DNA of 64,000 nt from Octopus sinensis (taxonomy: Eukaryota), in assembly GCF_006345805.1 (NCBI RefSeq), contig NC_043001.1, forward strand, positions 3,596,001-3,660,000, in the 5' to 3' direction. A program made the position numbers and the translations under genes. Shown piece by piece: positions 26,931-40,628 of this stretch. Positions within the stretch are counted from its first letter, which is position 1; each line of letters opens with the position of its first letter. Under the pieces are notes generated by a model, which was not told the DNA's origin, did not search any database, and was given only the letters and a program-made list of their open reading frames with translations.

Positions 26931-27554
26931 ATACATATACATACCCCCCACACACACACACATATTTATTTTTCTTGGTGTCTTTATTTGTACCTGCACC
27001 AACATTTGACAACTGACGGATAGAATAAGGTAAGTATTTGGCTTACAAAGAATTAAGTCCTGAGGTCAATGTCTTTGACTAAAAGCTCTTTAAGGTGGTG
27101 CTCCATCAAGGCCACAGTCAGATGACTGAAAGAAATAAAAGAATAAAAGAATATACACATGCACAGTGAGTTGGTTGTTATAGGGATATAACAGCAGTGC
27201 TTTCTATTTGAACAAAGGAGAGAATTCTTTGCTCTCCAGTTGAAGTCACCTTTGCCTTTTGATCTTTACGATTTACCAATCCCATATTGCTGTCTGTTCT
27301 CCTTCTTTGTCTCTCATGGCAGCTGGATGTGTCTAGACCCGATGTGTGCTGGACTCCATCAAGTTCAAAATTCTGAAGACACACAGTATATCACAACCAT
27401 GACCCTGCCACCAGAGCTTAAGCATCGAAGAGAAAGACACACAAATGCCATCGTGTGATACACTTTGCCAAATATTTTTCAATCAGTGGCTTTGTTTTCT
27501 TTCCACTCCTGATGTCAAATTGTAATCATTTGTAATCAACCGATGAGAGTGGTA

Positions 27555-28010
27555 CTTAGTTAGTTAGCTAGTTAGTTAATTCTTTGGCTCGAAAAGCAAA
27601 AAGCAAGGCCATGTAGGGGGACATGGAGTTATGCACAGGGTGGTGTTCATGTAAAGAGTTCAGGCCACTTGAGGTCAAGGGAGATTTTGAACAAAGCGGT
27701 CATCGGCATCTTCACCATCTCGTCTGGCAGCTTGTTCCACGGATCCGCAACCCGGATGGAGAAAGCCCCTCTCCTTCGCAGATAGAGCTTTTCGGAATGA
27801 CCCCGCCACCGACCCTCTGGAGCAGGAGTGAAGAACAGCTCTTTCGAGAGGTTACACTTTCCGCTTATGATGTTGTGAGCGAGAATGAGATCACCACGGC
27901 GGCAGCGTTTTTCTAGAGAATAAAGATCGAGCGTCTTCAGCCTTTCTTCATAAGACAAATTCTTGAGACCACGAACCTTGCGGGTAGCCAGCTTCTGGAC
28001 TTATCTCACA
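27555..28010 (-). mobile_element. CR1-like LINE 3' end
   Basis: YEERLKTLDLYSLEKRCRRGDLI..RGHSEKL..FSIRVADPWNKLP; (TAAC)n-like 3' tail at 27555-27580. Confidence 0.9.
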
Positions 28011-28309
28011 ACTTGAAACAAATCTATAAAATGCATTTAAAAATTATCAATAATTTGTTCATAGTAATTTCTATTTGTAATAGTTTCACATAGTTGCATG
28101 TGAGAATGTATGCGCTGGTGTGTATGAGAGAGCTTATATGACTATAATTGAATGTGCTCATGTGACTGGCTGTCCCTTTGTGTTACCTTGTCTTGACATC
28201 ATACAAAAGTTCTAAAGGTTCTTTACCATCATAAAAGCCATGCTTTTTTGCTTCCAGTCATCCAGCCATGATTGATAGCCACTAAACCGTTTTCCTTATC
28301 TCTCTCTCT

Positions 28310-28470
28310 GTTTATTTTCTTGTCTTCCCTTCTGTCAAAGAGCGTAGGCTCGAAACATAAAAGACTTTCTCACTTCCTGAGTGTTAAACTAATACATCTG
28401 TTTGTTGTTTACACACCCATTCTTTGTCTTTTGTTTTGTTTGTTGTTTTTGTAAATTCCAACCATGCAAA
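28310..28470 (+). mobile_element. Penelope-like terminal repeat fragment with degenerate hammerhead
   Basis: CTGTCAA-A-GAGC-GTAG-GCTC-GAAAC at 28332-28356; homologous to 48990-49180 (-). Confidence 0.6.
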
Positions 28471-29428
28471 TTATAATTATACTTTGGAAAATGGTGAATG
28501 TCAAGGAAGAAAAGAGCATTTAGTTGTAGAAAATCTCTCTCCATGAATTCTATCTGACAAATGCAAACCTGGAGAACTGAATGTTAAAATGATGTGAAGA
28601 AAGGTTATAAAGGATATAAGCTGAGGGAGACTTCATCACAATTTTCTGTTGGTTTAATTGCTTAAAAGCAACAGGAAACCCTTTAAGCGTGATTTCATAA
28701 AAAGAGAATCTTATAACTTGTCATGAAATTCCATTTGTGAACCCCAGGCATTGTTTTCTATATCATGTACATTCTGTGACATGTCATTCCATAGATTCAA
28801 ATTGGTAATTCAGTTCTGTTCATCCTTTTCACTGTCATCATCATCATCCCTGTTCTTGTCATCGTTGTCCTTATTATCACCATTGTCGTTGTTGTCAGCA
28901 TCAACGTTTCTATCGTCATCACTTAATGAAGAATAGTCTTCTGTTGTTTGTAAATATGTGTAAGTCATAAAATGTTTCTGTTGTATTTTTAATGAAGCTG
29001 TAATTATGTAGAGCAGTTTCCCCCAGATGAAGATGATGCTGATGATGGCAACAGTGATGAGAACAACGACGATGAAAATGATAACAATGATGACGGTACT
29101 TATTCTAGTACTGTTTGGCAATTTATCTATTTATTCATTTTTTCTTGTTTATATCATCATCACCACCACCACCACCACCATCAACATTATCATTATCAAC
29201 ATCATCGTCGTCGTTTAAGGTCCACTGTCTATGCTGACATGGGTTGGATGGTTTGACTTACAACTGGCGAACCAGGTGGCTGCACCAGATTCCAATCTGA
29301 TCTGGCAGTGTTTCTACAGCTGGATACCCTTCCTAACACCAACCACTCCAAGAGTGTAATGGGTGTTTTTATGTGCCACCAGCATGGTGGCCAGTCAGGT
29401 GACACTCCCCACTCAGGTAACACATTAC

Positions 29429-29464
<36 letters not shown>

Positions 29465-29466
<2 letters not shown>

Positions 29467-29670
29467 CCTTTCTATTAAAGGCACAAGGCCTGAAATTTGG
29501 GGGAATGGTTAATTTGATTACATCAACCCCAGTACTTAATTGGTACTTAATTTATTGACCCTGAAAGGATGAAAGGCAAAGTTGACCTCACTGAAGTTTG
29601 AACTCAGAACGTAGCAACAGGTGAAATACTGCTAAGCACTTTGTGCAACATGCTAATAATTCTGCCAATA
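29465..29670 (-). mobile_element. S1 SINE tail-2 variant
   Basis: S1 core and GGCCTTGTGCCTTTAATAGAAAGG tail, next to (AAT)n. Confidence 0.8.
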
Positions 29671-30005
29671 AGCTTATAGTCTCCACTGCTGAGGTGTACA
29701 ACAGCTCATTGGTAAAAATAAGAATAGGAGATATATGAAGTCAAATGTAAAGGAAGAGGGCAATGAAAGCTAGACGTACCTATGGGGTATGCCGAATAAA
29801 AGGGAAGAGGAGGGAAAAGTGATGAGTGAAAGTGTCATGAAGAGGAAAAGGTGGAGGTAGTTAAGGTAGGAATGGCTTTTAAGAATTTCAGAAAGTAAGG
29901 AATTTTTAAGCAGACAGCATCCTGATAGCTGCCAGTTGATGTGAATTGCTCATTTTATGCTTTGACTATCCGGAGTGTATCAAAATATTTCCAAAGGTCA
30001 TAGGT

Positions 30006-30230
30006 CTGGCAGAATCGTTAGCCTGCCGGGCAAAATGCTCAGCGGCATTTCATCCGCCGCTGCGTTCTGTGTTGAAATTCCGCCGAGGTCGACTTTACCT
30101 TTCATCCTTTCGGGATGGATAAATAAAGTACCTGTTATGCACTGGGGTCGATGTAATCAACTTAATCCGTTTGTCTGTCTTTGTTTGACCCCTCTGTGTT
30201 TAGCCCCTTGTGAGCAATAAAAAAATAGGT
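30006..30230 (+). mobile_element. S1 SINE
   Basis: CTGGCAGAATCGTTAGC head, GGTCGACTTTACCTTTCATCC core, TTTAGCCCCTTGTG tail. Confidence 0.85.
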
Positions 30231-30929
30231 ATTTTATAATCATGTACAAGAACGGTTGAGGTATTGAATTTATTGCAGGATGAGAGATCATCATGTGGGT
30301 TCTTAACTACACTGCCATGCATGTACCTAAGTAGGGACAAACTTGTATCCGATATTTTAGGAGTTTGTATCTTCACCTGACAGAGAGAAAACCTTTTTCT
30401 ACCACTAAAATCCTGTTTGTCATTTAAATGAACCAAGCACTGCAAACATCAGCTTTAGTTTCTAGCGTGGTGTTTGGTCATAAATTATTTGTTTCCAGTT
30501 CCCAATATTAAGTGGATTTGGTGCGAAGAACAGACAAGAATTGTGACATCAATGTCGATTTGACTTTTCGTGTATTCTCTTTAACCTAAGTCATTTATAT
30601 TTTAATAGAAATAATTTTAATGGAACAACATTCGTTAGATATCGCATATAATTGTTAGGAATTTTCTGTAACGCATTCTAGGTAATATCAGGAAAAGTGT
30701 TCTTAGTTGTTGAAGTTGAAGAATGTAGAAGGAATTAAAGCTGCTGCATATAATAAAAGATGTGTGGGATTCTTGCCACTTTGGAAGATTTGTGCTTTTC
30801 CTTGAATGCAAAAAGAAGCGTGTGGAATAAGTGGAAATTCTCTTAGCAGAGTGACATAGTTTTGTGTCAACTACTGAGGTTGAATATGCCAAATTGTTAT
30901 ATCCTCGTCATCGCCAACACCACCACCGC

Positions 30930-31740
30930 CACCACCATCATCGTTTAACATCCATTTTCCATGCTGGCATGGGTTGGACGGTTTGATTGGGGTCTGGGAA
31001 GCCAGGAGGCTGCATCAGGCTCCAATCTGATTTGGCAGTGTTTCTACAGCTGGATGCCCTTCCTAATGCCAACCAATCCAAGAGTGTAGTGGGTGCTTTT
31101 CACATTCCACTGGCATAGAGGCTAGAGGGGGCTGGCAACAACCATGATTGGTTGGTGCTTTTTACATGCCACAGGCATGGAAGACAATCAAGGTGGCACT
31201 GGCATCAGCCACGTTCGGGTGGTGCTTTTTATGTGCCACCATCACAGGGATCACAACTACAATTTCCATTTGATAATCATTTGAGTTGATTTTAATGTAC
31301 TCGACTCAATTGGTCTCCTCAAGCATGGCATGTCACCCTACGATCCAAGGTACTTTTGAGTGACAACACTGGTATAGGTTACAGCTGTGAACTCACTTTA
31401 TTTGCCAGGTCTTCTCAGTCACAGCATATCTCCAGAAGTAGCAGTCTTTCATCATTGCCTCTGTGAGGCCCAATGCTCGAGGGTCATGCTCCACCACCTC
31501 ATCCCATGTCTTCCTGTGTCTCCCTTTACCCCGAATTCCTTCCGCTGTTTGGGAGTGGCACTTCTTCACACAGCTTTCCTCATCCATCCATAGTACATGA
31601 CCATACCAATGCAAACATCTTTCTTTCATCCTATGTCCAACATTTCTCTCAGGATGCCTACACTCTGTCGTGTGTGCACACTCACATTACACATCCAGCG
31701 GATCATGCTAGCTTCATTTCTTTCCAGCTCTTTCTCTCAA
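30930..31740 (-). mobile_element. RTE-clade LINE 3' end with UTR
   Basis: LHWYGHVLWMDEE..GIRGKGRHRKTWDEVV (RTE C-terminus), followed by the RTE tail and (GAT/GGT)n. Confidence 0.88.
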
Positions 31741-31859
31741 GCACTTCCTCTCTTTTGAATTTCACCACATCAACCATAAGAATTCCTTCAGTGCTGCTTC
31801 ATTAAGCTATATTAATGCTTAAACGTTAATGCTTTTTATGGCAGCATTTCATTATGGCA

Positions 31860-32345
31860 GCTTGAAAAATAATAATAATGAAATGATTGTATACAGTGCT
31901 CAGGTGCACCACAACTTGTCAGAAAGTGCATATAAAGTACATGCAGTAATGTAAAAATGTCTGGAAGGCGAACAATGTATGAGTCAGATACATGCCTGTG
32001 TGTGTATGGAGGGGAGAAAATCAGGTGTAGTGTTGGCGAATCTCAGAAAGCATGGAAGTTTTGAAGGATGCAGTGCTCCGACAACTAACAACTGATGCCA
32101 GCAGTTTGTTCCATGCTTCAGCAACTCTCAGCATGAAAAAATGTTTTCTGAAGTCATGGGAGCTGTGCTATTTTCTGACTTTGTAAATATGTCCACAGGT
32201 GTTAGATGGGTGGAGTTTGAAAAGGTGCTCAGAGTTATTGTTTGTACGATGGTTGATGATTTTATGGGTGTCTGCCAAGTCAGCTGCCAGGTCCTGTGCT
32301 GAGAAAATCAGAGAGAGAGGTGGTTCAAAACTCAGCAGAAACTGT
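31860..32345 (-). mobile_element. CR1-like LINE 3' end
   Basis: DLADTHKIIN..GHIYKVRK..FRKHFFMLRVAEAWNKL. Confidence 0.8.
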
Positions 32346-33124
32346 GCGACGTGGTTGTCTCCCATGGTATACAAACATAACTAAATTCACAAACTGTCTC
32401 TACTATTTATGCCAACGAAAAATACTGCCAGTTTCATAAGACACTGTTGTTTTTATTTTTTCTTTCTTCCTTTTGCATCCAAGATGAGAAATGAATGAGA
32501 ATAGAGGATGGCCATAACCAGAATGCATTTGATTGTAAAACTACTCAATCAAATCTGACTGGAAGCTAAACTGCAACAATGACAAGGACAAAAGATATAA
32601 AAATAAATGTCCTATTTTGCTTTAATTATGTTATTCTGTATTGGAATTAAATAAACCATTGTCTTCATCCTGATAATGTATTGTTAAGCATCTTCTCCTT
32701 CGTTACTATCAAAGACTGTCATAATCACATAATCTTTACATTTCATTGACTCAATATTTTTCTGCATTTTTGATGCTTAGATATATATTGTTTGAAATTT
32801 ATTTTGGTAGTTCTTGCATGGAATGGATAGAATAGATTTGGCTATTTTCTATCCATTTATTTGAATGCTTCAATTGAAAGAAAATATAAAGGATAAAGGA
32901 TAGATTTATCAGTTCAGTTTAGTGAGGCATGCAATATAACAACCAGCCTAGCCTTGTCTGTCAATATGATAACAATAGCTATGTTTAAACTAATAATTTA
33001 TGAGTCATTACACATGCATTAAGTTTTTCTTTTTTTTTTTTGATTTTTACTGAAAAAGAGTTAAAAAGGGAAAAAAAAATATTTAGAAAATAATTTATAT
33101 TCTAAATCTAGTATGCATATATAT

Positions 33125-33534
33125 CTCTTTACTCTTTTACTCTTTTACTTGTTTCAGTCATTTGACTGTGGCCATGTTGGAGCACCGCCTTTAGTCGAGC
33201 AAATCGACCCCGGAACTTATTCTTTGTAAGCCCAGTACTCATTCTATCAGTCTCTTTTGCCAAACCGCTAAGTTATGGGGACGTAAACACACCAGCATTG
33301 GTTGTCAAGCAATGCTAGTGGGACAAACACAGACACACAAACACACACATACATATATATATACATATATATGACAGGCTTCTTTCAGTTTCCATCTACC
33401 AAATTCACTCACAAGGCATTGGTCGGCCCAGGGCTATAGTAGAAGACACTTGCCCAAGATGCCATGCAGTGGGACTGAACCCGGAACCATGTGGCTGGTT
33501 AGCAAGCTATTTACCACACAGCCACTCCTGCGCC
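33125..33534 (-). mobile_element. full-length S2 SINE
   Basis: GGCGCAGGAGTGGCTGTGTGG head; (TAAAAGAG)n tail. Confidence 0.92.
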
Positions 33535-33819
33535 TATATATATATATTTTTTTTCTTTTTCTTTCATCCTCCTCATCATCACCAATACCATTATAATTAT
33601 TAATATGGGGAGCTGGCAGAATCGTTAGCACACCAGGCAAAATTGCCTTGTGGTGTTTCATCCGTCTTTACAATCTGCTTTCAAATTTCACTGAGTTTGA
33701 CTTCACATTTCATCTTTTTGGGGTTGATAAAATGTGTACCAGTTATGAATTGGTGGGGCGAGGACGATGTATACAACTTGCTCTCTCCAAAAAAATTGCT
33801 GGCCTTGTGCCAAATTTTG

Positions 33820-33895
33820 AAATCATCATCATCATCATTAGCATCATTATCATTATCATCATCAACATCATCACTACCACCACCACCATCATCAC

Positions 33896-33939
<44 letters not shown>

Positions 33940-33991
33940 ATATATTATTCCTCCTCTTCCACCTCCTCCTCCTCATCATTGCCATCATCAA

Positions 33992-34026
<35 letters not shown>

Positions 34027-34285
34027 ACATTATCATCACCTTGCTCTTTCTCCTCATCATTGTCATCATCAACATCATCATCATCATCATCAACATTATC
34101 ATCACCTTGCTCTTCCTCCTCATCATTGTCATCATCAACATCATCAACATCTTCATCAACATCATCGTCCTCATCGTTGTCATCATCATCATCATCATCA
34201 ACATCATCACCCTCATCACCATCCTCCTCATCATCATCATCATCTTCATCGTCATCAACATCATCATCATCATCATCATCATCCT
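33820..34285. repeat. (ATC)n tract with an internal approximately 66-bp higher-order duplication
   Basis: CATTATCATCACCTTGCTCT occurs twice about 66 bp apart; preceded by an S1-like copy at about 33605-33820. Confidence 0.9.
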
Positions 34286-35269
34286 TAACATTCTGAGTTC
34301 AAGTTCCATGAATGCTGACTTTGCCTCTAGTTCGTTGAGGGTCAGCCAATTGTGCAATGAGGACAGGGTTAACAACTGCCTGCCTCCACCACAATCACTT
34401 GTACCAAAATCGGATACAGTTATCATCATCCTCGTTTGTGTTGAAACTCTGAATTATACGAAGCTGCTGTTTAATAACAAGTTAACGAAAACGAAATTTA
34501 GATGGAAAAAAAATGGAACAAGAAATTTTAAACAGAAAAAAACCTCGTCATTTAATCCTCCCTTCATTGTCACTAATTACTCCAGATTTAATTACACTCA
34601 CGATTAATTAAAATTCTGATGTCTTTGGACAGCTTCTGCTTCATCCCTGGCAGTGTTGAGGATAAAAATCTGAACGATTCCAATGCAGAGCCACCTCTTT
34701 GAGAGTTTCTGCATGAAAAGTGGCATTCTTAAAATAATGTGAAATGGTAATTTAAATGGAAGCATTTTCTCTATAGTGTTTGAGAATGTTTCAATGTCCT
34801 CCAAAGATAAGTGCCTTTGTCAATTCTTCTGAGATACAATTGAACTGATTCCAGTTATAGAATAGCCTTTGAGTCAGTCAGTTCTTGTTACAGAATAAAA
34901 GAATGATTCCTTCAGAGAATGTGGAATTCTGCCAAGAAAAGAATGGCTTCTAAAAGGTTGGTCTAAGTTAATAGGAAAGCCAGTACATGGTTGCTAGAAA
35001 TAGCAGCCAAATATCCCTCAAATTAAACTCTACCATCACAAAAAAAGTTGACGACCACAGGATACTGTTATCCTTCATACACATCATTTGAAAAAATAAA
35101 AATCATTGGAATGGTCATGGTTGGAACACATTTTATCATAGATCTGTTCTGCACTAGGCTTAAACAACAGCATTTTTATAGCTGGAATGCTTCTAATCAT
35201 AAATCTGTTCTGTCAGGTCTGAGTGAGGATTAAAACATAAATATATTCCTCCAGTCTATGAGTGAGATG

Positions 35270-35990
35270 AGTTTCACTCCAGTTATACTCCAGTTTCACT
35301 TCAGTTTCACTCCAATTTTACTTGTTTCACTTTGGTTCCATACCAGTTTTACACTAGTTCCACTCCAGTTTCACTCCAGTTTCTCTCCAGTTTCACTCCA
35401 ATTTTACTTCAGTTTCACTCCAGTTCCATACCAGTTTCATTCCAGTTACACTCCAGTTACTCTCGAGTTTCACTTCAGTTTCACTCCAGTCTTGCATCAG
35501 TTCCACTCCAGTTTCACTACATTGTTGCTCCAGTTTTATTCCAGTTTCAATCCAATTTCACTCAAATTCTAGTTCAGTTTCACTCGACTTCCATACCAGT
35601 TTCATTTCAGTTTCACTTGAGTTTCACTTCAGCTTCGCTCTAATTTCAATCTAGTTTCACTCCAATCTTACATCAGTTCACTCTAGTTCCATACCAGTTT
35701 CACTCCAGTTTCACTCCAGTTTCACTCCAGTTTCACTCCAGTTTTTTTCTAGCTTCACTCCAATTTGACTTCAGTTTCACACAAGTTCCATACCATTTTT
35801 ATTCAAGTTGCACTTGAGTTTCACTCCAATTTTGATCCTGTTTCATTCCAATCTTGCATCAGTTTCACTCTAGTTCAATACCAGTTTCACCCCATTTACA
35901 CCCCATTTACACTCCAGTTTCACTCTAATCTTACATCAGTTCAATCTAGCTCCATACCAGTTCCACTCCAGTTCCACTCCAGTTTCCCAT
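35270..35990. repeat. degenerate 10-bp minisatellite (TTCACTCCAG)n
   Basis: Recurrent CAGTTTCACTC / CCATACCAG variants; purest near 35696-35740. Confidence 0.9.
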
Positions 35991-36850
35991 CTGATTAGTA
36001 AGTCATAATATCCAGCTGTAAAACCTATTGTCCTGGAAACCTTTGAACTCTTAAAAATTTATAAAAAGCAAAAAAGTTGAAAAATATTCCAAAACAACAA
36101 AAAAACAAATGAAAATATAGCTTTATTTGTTGACTCATTATTAATTTTTAACTGGATGCTACTAACGAGTTTTTGTTTCGCTAATTTCAAACAGGTGATG
36201 GTTAATATCCATGATTGGAAGAATTAAATTGCCCCACATGAATCATGAAATGCCTTCACAAATAACCAATGTCATTTGACAGAATAATTAGCTCTAATGT
36301 TAATGAAGTTTGGTATTTCGTAGTCTGCTAGTTTACGGCATCAAATCAAAATAAATGCACAGCATTAAGACACATGAAGAGGAACCAATTTCAAGAAGCT
36401 GTGATGTTTGTTTTTTTCTTATTTGAATCAAAAACAACAAACACAGCTGTAAGACTGAGGCAACTTCTTACTTGGATCCATATATGACCTCCATCATTTA
36501 AATACAAACTTGATGAAGAGAACAACCGGTGTTGGTGTATTTATGTCTCAGTGACATAGTGGTTCAGCAAAAGAGGCTGGTAGAATACATTCCAGGCTTA
36601 GAAAGATGTAAATACTGGGGGGGGGGGATTCGTTAGGCTGAAATTCCTGAAGGGAGTGCCCCAGCTTGGTCAGAATCAAATGTGTGAAGCAAGTAAAAAG
36701 ATTTTTAAAAAAAGATTAAAAAGATAATTTTGCTAACACTGCCAAGATAAACAAACAAGGGAACATGTCTTGGGCCCATGCAGAGTGGCACTGGCACAAA
36801 AGAGGTAAACAAAGAGGCACAAGCAAGCGATTAATGAAATCTCATGGGGG

Positions 36851-37370
36851 CAAAGTGGCTGAGCTCCTTTCAAGATTTGGGCCACACGGTAGCAAGTGGC
36901 TGAGCTCCTTTCAGGCTTTGGGTAACGGAGAGGCAAAGTGGCTGAGTTCCTTTCAAGATTTGGGCCACACGGTAGCAAGTGGCTGAGCTCCTTTCAGGCT
37001 TTGGGTAACGGAGAGGCAAAGTGGCTGAGTTCCTTTCAAGATTTGGGCCACACGGTAGCAAGTGGCTGAGCTCCTTTCAGGCTTTGGGTAACGGAGAGGC
37101 AAAGTGGCTGAGTTCCTTTCAAGATTTGGGCCACACGGTAGCAAGTGGCTGAGCTCCTTTCAGGCTTTGGGTAACGGAGAGGCAAAGTGGCTGAGTTCCT
37201 TTCAAGATTTGGGCCGCACGGAAGCAAGTGGCTGAGCTCCTTTCAGGCTTTGGGTAACGGAGAGGCAAAGTGGCTGAGTTCCTTTCAAGATTTGGGCCAC
37301 ACGGAAGCAAGTGGCTGAGCTCCTTTCGGGCTTTGGGTAACGGAGAGGCAAAGTGGCTGAGTTACTTTCG
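36851..37370. repeat. 83-bp tandem repeat, 6 units plus partial, dimeric 42+41 substructure
   Basis: Units start at 36851, 36934, 37017, 37100, 37183, 37266, 37349; both halves begin CAA(A)GTGGCTGAG(C/T)TCCTTTCA. Confidence 0.97.
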
Positions 37371-38150
37371 AGTGTTAGGCTTCACAGAGGCAATGACCAA
37401 CACCTTTGGCATTATGTCACGCTTGAGAAAAAGACCCATCAAGCCGAGCAAAATCGCAGTCACGGCAAATATTCTGCTCACACAATGAACCTGTCTTCAT
37501 TGACCTATTTGAAAGCAATATTAGTTTCCCTTTCATTTTTACTTTCAATAATTCATTAATGTGTATTCCTCAAATCTCCCATTGAAGACGGCATAACAGG
37601 GTCCAGCTGTTCCTGAACGACCTGCACAAATGATTTGTTAATGGTGATTGAACGTATGAGCTGTACATTGGCTCACTCCCGCCATTAAATGGACATTGCC
37701 TGAACAGGCAACTAAGTGACATATTCCATGGCCAGACATGTCTTTGCAGAATATTGGAAAAGAAGAAAACCTCTTGTATGAGAGTGAAAATGATCCAAGG
37801 AAACCCACGTGTTTATATGTATTTAGATGAAACTTTGGTAAAAACGTTGTAGACTGCCGTGCAAAGCCTGCCTACAGTAACTGGCTACTTGATGCTTGTG
37901 TGACTGGATGTACACCAGGGATTTCATTGTATCTGTAGAGTTTATGCAAATAGACGAATGGCAGAAAATCAAATGAATGACATTCTATATTTAAAATCAC
38001 TACAATTGTTTCGATACATTTTTACTCCTGCAGCACACTGCTGCGGTGTTGTGTAATCATTATCGTTCATCCAAGGTGTGATGTTGTTCATTCCATTTTC
38101 TATCGTATTTTTCTATCTATCTATCTATACATACATACATACGTACACAC

Positions 38151-38184
<34 letters not shown>

Positions 38185-38192
<8 letters not shown>

Positions 38193-38308
38193 TGTGATCC
38201 CGTGACTGACCATTCCATCAGATGTAGTTACACATCGCTGGTCACAATGCGTTCGCATTGTTTTAGCCTTCGAATGACGCCACCCCGCTGGCTAAGCGAG
38301 CAGGCCAA
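38185..38308 (-). mobile_element. SINE 3' fragment between (AT)n runs
   Basis: GC-richer island with a repeat-like tail; family assignment is from recall only. Confidence 0.45.
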
Positions 38309-38661
38309 TATATATATATATATATATATAGTTTGCATCTAATACATTTGATCAGCCAGGTATTGATCAGTCCAAGACTAATATAGAAGTAAATTGTTAC
38401 TGAGCATGCTGCAGGGTGGTATTGAACACAGAACCTCCTGCTCATGAAACAACAATCTTCTTAACTTATGAGCCAAACCTGTTCATATAAGTAAAATAGC
38501 TAAGATAGTTTCCCTCCCATAACAGACTATCAGTTTGTATAAAAAGATTGATGAGGACAATGAAGAGAATATTTTATTAGGACTTGTATCTTTGCTCCAG
38601 GTTGGCCTTCATCGAAGTAACCTATAACTAAAGGCTTTAGAAATATGACCCCCCAGCCATG

Positions 38662-39121
38662 ATATTCTTTTCTACTCTAGGCACAAGACCGGAAAAATTG
38701 CGGGAGGGCGCCAGTCGATAAGATCGACGCCAGTACACAACTAGTGTTTAATTTATCGACCCCGATAGGATGAAAGACAAAGTCGACATCGGTGGTAATT
38801 GAACTCAGAACGTAAAGACAGACGAAAGACGAAATGCCACAAAGCGTTTCACACGGTACGCTAACGATTCTGTCAACTCGCCGCCTTCACACAGACATGA
38901 TATTTTTTTCTACTCTAGGCACAAGGCCCAAAATGTTTCTAGGGAAGGGGCCAGTCAATTAGATCGATCCCTGTACGCAAATGGTACTTAATTGATCGAC
39001 CCCCAAAAAATGAAAGGCAAAGTCGACCTCGGCAAAATTTGAACTCAGAACGTATAGTCAGGCGAAATACCGCTAAGCATTTCACCTGGCATGCTTACAA
39101 ATCTGCCAGCGCTCCACCTTC
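38662..39121 (-). mobile_element. head-to-tail pair of S1 tail-2 SINEs
   Basis: Two copies at 38662-38888 and 38901-39121, each preceded by CATGATATT. Confidence 0.85.
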
Positions 39122-40564
39122 GCCCAGGCAGGATATTGTTCAAAGAATACTTTATGACTTCATTGTTTAACATGTCCTTCTCATTTGTAAGATGGTAGGG
39201 TAAGTGATTTGAAAGAGTTTTAGCTTCTATTTTTAGCAAATCATTTATTTGTGCAACAATAGAGGTAAAAGTGTAAAGATCATCATTTTAACGCAAATAG
39301 TTTCTTTGAGTTTTACAACTTTTAAGTAAATTGTGTGTCAAATATATTGCGAACCATTGTAAAGGCAACATTCCAGAGAGCAGACCAATTGTCTGTGAAT
39401 GGTTTAACCTGAGATTTATGAAAAATAAGAAGGATACTTTCATTGGAAATAAAATAGAATTTTGAACTGGCAAAGGAGACCCAGTAATGGCGATTGTAAT
39501 GTTGATAATGTCTCCATGTCAGGTGAGGTACTTAAAGGCAATACGCCAACATTAGTTAAGTGGGTAAAAACCAGTGTAATGTTGTGTTATATCAGTTTTC
39601 ATTTTAAGAAATATTTTTGCCAACAACTTCAAACATCTACTTTGTAAGAAAAAGAAATTACATAAGATTATTTCTATAAGAGAATTTCTTAGAGAGGTGG
39701 GGAAAACAGTTGCAAATATTTATGATGAATCGTTCTCAGTTTGACAATAAAAATACTTTAAGCATTAAAGAGCCCATTGCTCGGAATGTTTACAATTATT
39801 TCAGAATTTTGGTTGCATTCCAAAGATATTCTTGAAAGATATCTACATTTTATGATAAATAGAAATCAATAATTCAAAAATCTTTCTTGAAGATGTAAGT
39901 CAACAATAGCTGGAGGGCAGAAAATTGTGGAGTTTGTTTGTTGTTTATTTCCATTTTCACCACTTGTTATCCAAGTGAGATTTGCAAAAACCAAATGAAT
40001 AAATATATAAAATAAATAAATCCTCTGTTTCCTCTGTCTAATAGAAGATAACTCACACACCCACGTACATACACACATGCGCTCATACATAGAAAAATAT
40101 GTGTAATTGCATACATACATTAAAACATACAAATATACAAATATACATATTCATATTAACATAAGTATATGTAACATACATATATATGTACACACACACA
40201 CACATATTATGCATACATCATACATATATACATGAGAAAATACATTCTTACATGGTTATTTTCTACAGATACACATATTTCATCGACACAAGACAGTAGA
40301 TTAAAAATGTATACAGCCAGATGGTACCAATAATTACAGACACGAGGAGAAAATACAAATTTGCACTCAACTTCAAAAACAATTCCAGAGAATAGCGATT
40401 TGTATGAAACGAGAGTAAACTGATTTTATCATTACATGCTAAGGAGAAGTGTGTGTGTTTGGTAAAACTTAGAAAGAAAAAAACACTTGTTTATCTTAAA
40501 AACATTTCAAGTAGATATCTTAGACCCACTGTCCCATATACATTTAATAATCTCTATACTTGTA

Positions 40565-40628
<64 letters not shown>

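Noticed and set aside
36733-37310. Repeated 63-aa ORFs
   Set aside because: The 83-bp period is not a multiple of three; the ORFs are by-products of the tandem array.
36851-37370. CRISPR-like look of the conserved 20-mer alternating with spacers
   Set aside because: The spacers are only two recurring sequences rather than unique; eukaryotic context; no cas genes.
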